This document shows, in pieces, positions 58,890 to 64,000 of a stretch of 64,000 bases of DNA (position 1 is its first letter; the number at the start of each line of letters is the position of its first letter). The position numbers and the translations under genes are program-made. The DNA lies in IMG/VR virus record IMGVR_UViG_3300042268_000564. One strand, written 5' to 3'. The notes below the pieces were generated by a model. The model made no database searches, was not told where the DNA came from, and was given only the letters and a program-made list of their open reading frames with translations. The stretch is from a virus (Duplodnaviria; Caudoviricetes).

Positions 58890-60560
58890 ATGGCTGGTCC
58901 TGTAAGAATTACTTTTTTTGATTATACTGATTCTCAAAATCCCGAACAATGTTTTGAGATTTCAGGCCCCAATGGTTATTTCGTTCCCGACGCTAATGGA
59001 AAGCAAGCGATTCTTTATCTTTCTATCTACAAAGCATTGCCAAGCAATCTTGCCAATTTGCAAGTTGAGCAGTCTGGTATTATGGATGACATTGTAAATG
59101 TGCAGGGTGGGAATGACCAGACAGTCGGCGATTATTATTACGACAGTTATGCTTATACTGAAGGTTATGGAGCATCAAATACTGTTTCATTTCCGCAGGC
59201 ATTACTTGTTTTAAAGACAGGTAGAAGCCCATTAGATGAACCTGTATTGGCAGATGCAATTCCTCATATAAACAATATTATTTCGTCAGATGGCTTTATA
59301 TATATGGCTCCGCTGTATTTTGAGACTGTGGCAGTTGAGGAACCCACAGAAATCAGAGTTCTGATGAGCGGAGACAGTATTTTGGGTGATGATTTTGGAT
59401 TCCTAGCGTCTTATACACCTGAAGCAGTGTCAGAAGAGCCGGGTGATTTTACTGTTGAAGAGGTAGCATATTTTGACGATGGCCCAACTTGTTTAGAACC
59501 TGAAAATGCTAATGTTCTTGTAGGGCTGTACACGCCTGAAATGGTTAACGGCGAAGTTGATGTTAATGGGGTCATGGTATATGACGGTGCAAATATTTCT
59601 CAACTTGGTACTGGTTTGGTAGAGGACGGGTCTGGAAATTGTGCCGTGTGGGGAATTAATTATAATACAACAACTAATAAAACCCTTATCGTTGGCGACT
59701 TCGGTGGCGCAAGTGGTGTTGCAAGTGAAGACGTTATTGTGTGGAATGGAAATACTTCTCAATATGAAGCAGTAACTATTAATGGACTTCCCGGTATTCC
59801 TTATGCGTTCCAATATGTATCTATAGAGCATGGGGTTCTTGCCTGTGAGTTTGGTACTAATGGCGAGGCTGTTTTGGAATGGGACGGTAACAATACTCTA
59901 TCAATGGTAGGGGATGCTGTTTATGGATTAAATATCAATTGTGTGGCAAAAGATTTGGCGACAAATGATTACTACATACTGTTGAATCAAAATACCATTA
60001 TGAAATGGGATGCCGCTAGAGGCTGGGAAACTATCTTTAATACGGGAGACGGTGATTTTTATGGCATGACAATTTATAATAGGGTGCTGTATGCCTGTGG
60101 TGACGGGCTTGTTGAGACAGGCTACAACTCTATTAATGATGAGGACGTGCTTGGATTAGCTGGACTTTTGCGAATAGACTTAGCTAGTGGCGACATGGCG
60201 TCTTTTGGCGAGATGTTTGCCGATTTTGGATATGGAAACGAAGCATATGGAAACCGTATGCGAGTGACTGAAGATGGCGTTCTTTATCTGGCAGGTAGTT
60301 TCTCTGAAATATCTCACAATGGAATTACTGTAGTGAGTGGCTCTTTGCAAAAGTATGACATAGCGAATGATACATGGTCAGAAGTTGTGGGTGCTGGCAT
60401 GTCAAATGATTATGATTACTGTCCTGACGTTATTGACGTGGCGTTTGTGGGAAATGATGTGTATTTCTCTGTGTGGGATGTTGGTTATATTGATGGCGTG
60501 GCTACGGAATATGGTGCAGACTACGCTTCTCTGCTTATCAGACTAGCAAACGCATTATAA
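58890..60560 (+). CDS. Acidic beta-propeller-like protein (possibly structural)
   Basis: Repeated V.xW(D/N)G...W units; AAAGTATT upstream. Confidence 0.6.
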   Translation: MAGPVRITFFDYTDSQNPEQCFEISGPNGYFVPDANGKQAILYLSIYKALPSNLANLQVEQSGIMDDIVNVQGGNDQTVGDYYYDSYAYTEGYGASNTVSFPQALLVLKTGRSPLDEPVLADAIPHINNIISSDGFIYMAPLYFETVAVEEPTEIRVLMSGDSILGDDFGFLASYTPEAVSEEPGDFTVEEVAYFDDGPTCLEPENANVLVGLYTPEMVNGEVDVNGVMVYDGANISQLGTGLVEDGSGNCAVWGINYNTTTNKTLIVGDFGGASGVASEDVIVWNGNTSQYEAVTINGLPGIPYAFQYVSIEHGVLACEFGTNGEAVLEWDGNNTLSMVGDAVYGLNINCVAKDLATNDYYILLNQNTIMKWDAARGWETIFNTGDGDFYGMTIYNRVLYACGDGLVETGYNSINDEDVLGLAGLLRIDLASGDMASFGEMFADFGYGNEAYGNRMRVTEDGVLYLAGSFSEISHNGITVVSGSLQKYDIANDTWSEVVGAGMSNDYDYCPDVIDVAFVGNDVYFSVWDVGYIDGVATEYGADYASLLIRLANAL

Positions 60561-60570
60561 GGAGGTAGAT

Positions 60571-60840
60571 ATGAATATTCAAGAAATAAGAACTGTAATG
60601 TTCGACAAAGTTAATGCACTTTTGGTTGACGACTCGATAAAAGCAAAAATGCATCTAACAGTTACAGGGGTGTGTGAAAAAATGGCTGGACTTGATTTTG
60701 AAGCAACGTCTGTATCTTATAACGGGAAAAGTGCGATAAAAATTACTTTCTCTACCAGTTTCGTGAAAGTAATTCAAGTTCTCGCAAAAAAGATTAAGCT
60801 TATTTCAGCTCTCGAAGGAAATAATCTTTACATTTTTTAA
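60571..60840 (+). CDS. Hypothetical protein
   Basis: SD AAGGAGGT. Confidence 0.6.
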   Translation: MNIQEIRTVMFDKVNALLVDDSIKAKMHLTVTGVCEKMAGLDFEATSVSYNGKSAIKITFSTSFVKVIQVLAKKIKLISALEGNNLYIF

Positions 60841-61045
60841 GCTTAAAAATGTGCCTTTTTGACAAAGCCCTGACGGGCACCCGTCAGGGCTTTGTTTTTT
60901 TAAAGTATTTAATAAGCCGTCAAGAAATTTATGTTTTTCTTAATGAGATATCTTGCGACGACCTGAAATTTTGGATTGGCTTAAAAATGTTTCGTTAAGG
61001 CAATATATTATTGCCTTAAAATTTAAAAAAACAGGAGAAAATGAA

Positions 61046-61312
61046 ATGGCAAGCAGTGATGTTCTAAGTTTCAAAAACGCAATGCTGGCGAAAGCCAGTA
61101 GCTTGTACTCCGGCGCAAGACTGGCAAGCAAAACAAAAATAATTGATGATGCTTGTTCTTATCTTGGCGAAAAAGACGCAGACAATGCCGTTACTTTTGG
61201 TAGCGGGATAATTGATTTCGACAATAGACCCAGTATGAGTTTGTTTGTTCGAGGTCTTGGCGACATTCTTAACGTGAGTAGCGTACAGTTAAGAGTATCT
61301 ATCAAGGAGTAA
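61046..61312 (+). CDS. Hypothetical protein
   Basis: SD AGGAG; TAAAGTATT upstream. Confidence 0.55.
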   Translation: MASSDVLSFKNAMLAKASSLYSGARLASKTKIIDDACSYLGEKDADNAVTFGSGIIDFDNRPSMSLFVRGLGDILNVSSVQLRVSIKE

Positions 61313-61318
61313 AACAAA

Positions 61319-62545
61319 ATGGCTGAAATTTATGTAGACGAAAACGGGTATATTGTTAATGTTGGTGGCGGATTAGTGGAGAGTGCCGCAGCAGCACCCA
61401 GCCAGCCAGTTGGCGAAGGTGTGGCGGTTGGTTTTTCTATGCTGGATAATTCCGAAGATGATGCAATTGCTCACATCCTTAAAACTACTCTTGACGGAAC
61501 TAAGATGATTACTTGTGTTGAAAGCTCAGACGCTTCTCAAGCATTGGGCTTCTGGAATCCTGATACTGATACCTTCACGTCTATGGCGGGTGGACATGCT
61601 GACCCTTGGGTTTGGGTATGGGATGTTGCTGAAGACGCAGATAAAATATATCTTTTTGGCTATGTGTGGAGCTTGATACCTCTTGGTGGCGGCACGCCGA
61701 TAGAGTGCGATGGTATCGCCGTTTACGACAAAGCGACAAACGATTGGGATGCAGTTCAGCCAATGGGTGTTAATGCAAACTTATATCATGGGCAATATAT
61801 TTTTGTGAACGAAAACGGAATCAAAAGAGTGTATTTTCCAGAAGTCAACCCTGATAATCAACAGCCTGACTATTTGGCTTATTGGGACTTTAACACTGGC
61901 ACAAGAGGTTACGCTACTGGCACTAGCACAGTATTCGGTGATTCAATTGTTAAGTCTGGTGATTATATCTATGGTTATTACTCAAATGTCAGCATAGGCA
62001 ATACTTTTACAGGCAACGTGTATAAGTATGACATAATCAATGATACAATATCGCTTGATGGAAATGTGCCGCCGCTCGTGTCGCCATATACGACTGAGAC
62101 AGGCTGGAAACGTCCACCAAATGGCGGCAGAATCAATTTTGCCCACAATGGACAAATTTGTTTTGCGAACATAGTAAATATGAGCGACCCGTCTGGCAAC
62201 TACGTGACAAATCCTTGGACGTGGGATTCAGAGAATCATATATATGGTGGATTTCTTGGCGTCGACTCTACTCATCCATACGGATGGCTTCTTGACGGGG
62301 GGAGCGGCCTAAGTGATATCTTGACATTTTCCGTCGATAGCCAACCACTTATATCAAGTAATAATAATCTTAATGTGTATAAACTGGTAGAAGGTGAATG
62401 GACGAAAGCCCTCAATGACGATTTTGACCCTGACTGGTTCTGGGGCATTTACGGAGCAACAAAATTTGGGCAAGACTATTATTTTGCTGGCTATATCTAT
62501 CGTTATAAAGGACAGGTAGCTAATGTTGTAAAAGTGAAAATATAA
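61319..62545 (+). CDS. Acidic beta-propeller-like protein (possibly structural)
   Basis: IAVYD....W, LAYWD, YKYDI repeats. Confidence 0.6.
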   Translation: MAEIYVDENGYIVNVGGGLVESAAAAPSQPVGEGVAVGFSMLDNSEDDAIAHILKTTLDGTKMITCVESSDASQALGFWNPDTDTFTSMAGGHADPWVWVWDVAEDADKIYLFGYVWSLIPLGGGTPIECDGIAVYDKATNDWDAVQPMGVNANLYHGQYIFVNENGIKRVYFPEVNPDNQQPDYLAYWDFNTGTRGYATGTSTVFGDSIVKSGDYIYGYYSNVSIGNTFTGNVYKYDIINDTISLDGNVPPLVSPYTTETGWKRPPNGGRINFAHNGQICFANIVNMSDPSGNYVTNPWTWDSENHIYGGFLGVDSTHPYGWLLDGGSGLSDILTFSVDSQPLISSNNNLNVYKLVEGEWTKALNDDFDPDWFWGIYGATKFGQDYYFAGYIYRYKGQVANVVKVKI

Positions 62546-62647
62546 AAATATTATTTACAGTGAATCAATGAGAGAGGGGAATACCTCCCCTCTCTTTTTA
62601 TTTGACAATTTCCTTTTGCTCTATACAATATATGCAAAGGAAAAAAT

Positions 62648-63187
62648 ATGCAAAGCGATAAAAATTTAAGTAAATATCTGAGTCTTATACTTCGACACGC
62701 ACCTGAGCAAATCGGGTTAAACCTTGATTCAGAGGGTTGGGGCAACGTTGATTTTATTGTGGGGAAAGTTGTTGGGCTTACCAGAGAGCGGTTGGAAAAG
62801 ATAGTGGCAGAGGATAATAAGCAACGTTATTCTTTTAATAAAGACCGTACAATGATTCGAGCCAATCAAGGGCATAGTGTTGCTGTTGACTTGAAGCTGG
62901 AACCAGTTGAACCGCCAGTGTGGCTTTTTCATGGCACTGCCGCAAGAAATGTTAAGAACATCGTTACGCATGGACTCAAGAAAATGAGTCGCCAACATGT
63001 TCATTTAAGTGCGGACGAAGAAACAGCCTACAAAGTGGGTGCAAGACATGGAAATCCTGTTGTATTTCACATTCCTGCAAAAGTGATGCACATGCAGGGA
63101 CATAAATTTTATTTGTCGAAAAATGGCGTCTGGCTGGCAGAATCAATCCCGTCAGAATATTTGCAGAAAATAGTTTATTCGATTTAG
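62648..63187 (+). CDS. kptA: RNA 2'-phosphotransferase Tpt1/KptA
   Basis: SKYLSLILRH, KQRY, IRANQGHS, FHGT, MSRQHVHLS, NGVWL. Confidence 0.93.
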   Translation: MQSDKNLSKYLSLILRHAPEQIGLNLDSEGWGNVDFIVGKVVGLTRERLEKIVAEDNKQRYSFNKDRTMIRANQGHSVAVDLKLEPVEPPVWLFHGTAARNVKNIVTHGLKKMSRQHVHLSADEETAYKVGARHGNPVVFHIPAKVMHMQGHKFYLSKNGVWLAESIPSEYLQKIVYSI

Positions 63188-63193
63188 GAGGGT

Positions 63194-63565
63194 TTGATGG
63201 CAGATTCTGATTTTGTTAGAGAATTTAATTATCGTCTTGTCAAAGCTTGTGATTGTCAATTTACGCCAGAGTACATAGACGAATATGGCACTTGTATGAC
63301 AGGTAACGATGGTGTGCTATATTGCATAAAGTGTGATAAGGCTTGGAAGAAAGAGTCTATCCCTGATGTTAAAGCGAATATAGATGATTTTATTGCTGGC
63401 AAACAGTATGATAAAGTTAAAGATAGGTTTATTGACGCTTTGCAGGATAATTTTCTGGTGGATATAAAAATGCGGCCTCTCAGGGAAGTAAATAATCTTG
63501 TAGAAACAAATATTGATGCTTTCGCCAAAAGGATAATAAAAGATTATTGTGAGGCAAATAAATGA
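63194..63565 (+). CDS. Hypothetical protein
   Basis: SD AGGAGG. Confidence 0.55.
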   Translation: MMADSDFVREFNYRLVKACDCQFTPEYIDEYGTCMTGNDGVLYCIKCDKAWKKESIPDVKANIDDFIAGKQYDKVKDRFIDALQDNFLVDIKMRPLREVNNLVETNIDAFAKRIIKDYCEANK

Positions 63566-64000
63566 GCGAAACAAAGCGACCTGTTATTTTAATCCATGAA
63601 TCTTTTTTTGGGGCTGACCGCTCACATCCTTACACAATTTCATCTTTTATTCGAGAACTGCAATCTGTTGCTTCCTTATTCATCATTATTGTTGGTGAGG
63701 GATTTGGGAAGAGCGAGGTAGAATCTGCTTTTCATCGAGATTCTAAATGTTTATACAGAATAAGTCACGTCAAAGAATCAAGTTTTGATTTGAGACCAGA
63801 ATTTGTCGAGTATTTTTCAAAGGCTTCTAATATTAATTTTTCCCGTTACATGACAGTTACAACCAAAAGAACTGCTGGAACAAAGAATAATATCGTATTG
63901 CCGATTAAAGCTACGGATGCGCAGGTTACAAAATTCATAAAAAGAATTTTGAAATTTTACAACATTCTATTCAAGACGAAAGATTGTTCTGAGTGCTTAG
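63562..64000 (+). CDS. Hypothetical protein, runs off window end
   Basis: ATGA overlap; frame open to the end. Confidence 0.5.
   Translation, partial: MSETKRPVILIHESFFGADRSHPYTISSFIRELQSVASLFIIIVGEGFGKSEVESAFHRDSKCLYRISHVKESSFDLRPEFVEYFSKASNINFSRYMTVTTKRTAGTKNNIVLPIKATDAQVTKFIKRILKFYNILFKTKDCSECL

Larger units (their letters stand above)
4517..60909. promoter_or_regulatory. Second promoter-like motif (T/G)AAAGT(A/G)TT
   Basis: Intergenic copies at 4517, 7991, 8822 (TAAAATATT), 13304, 29811, 40593, 45415, 58842, 60901 (+) and 18257-18265 (-), with no TTGACA in register. Confidence 0.6.
3713..62629. promoter_or_regulatory. Set of 20 TTGAC(A/G)-N16-TA(T/C)AAT promoters
   Basis: + at 3713, 5766, 9918, 11403, 15283, 17296, 19000, 20043, 22684, 23177, 24485, 40987, 46056, 50786, 53857, 62602; - at 12892-12919, 13253-13280, 35304-35331, 39665-39692. 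Confidence 0.85.

Noticed and set aside
1-64000. Stop-codon reassignment as in some large phages
   Set aside because: Conserved genes are intact in the standard code and end in TAA, TGA and TAG.

Overview
This is an AT-rich, gene-dense segment of a large (jumbo-like) tailed phage genome that reads in the standard genetic code. I found no tRNA, rRNA, CRISPR array or integrase. Recognisable genes: DnaG primase, DinG-type helicase, DnaX clamp-loader subunit, HIRAN protein, trigger factor, ClpP, CCA-adding enzyme, Tpt1/KptA, a DUF2828/vWA (TROVE/Ro60-related) protein, two metallophosphoesterases, a DUF5675 protein, an rIIA/rIIB-like pair, three orphan beta-class DNA methyltransferases, two radical SAM genes (one with a LAGLIDADG intein inside its Cys motif) and a GIY-YIG nuclease. 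These sit among many small unknown ORFs. Most notable unexplained structure: (1) three dispersed cassettes of terminator + TAAA(G/A)TATT + RBS + a conserved ~98-aa basic, partly HU-like leader, each fused to an unrelated C-terminal cargo; (2) two independently promoted small RNAs with a covarying stem and a CAGCAAAC motif, close upstream of the Ro60-related gene (a candidate Y-like RNA/Ro60-like RNP within an RNA-repair gene set); (3) 20 consensus -35/-10 promoters that all have a 16-bp spacer, plus a second AAAGT(A/G)TT promoter class and leaderless starts; (4) a recurrent acidic-hydrophobic ELDMF-like short motif, including a 14-aa micro-ORF. All assignments come from motif recognition by eye; no searches were run.
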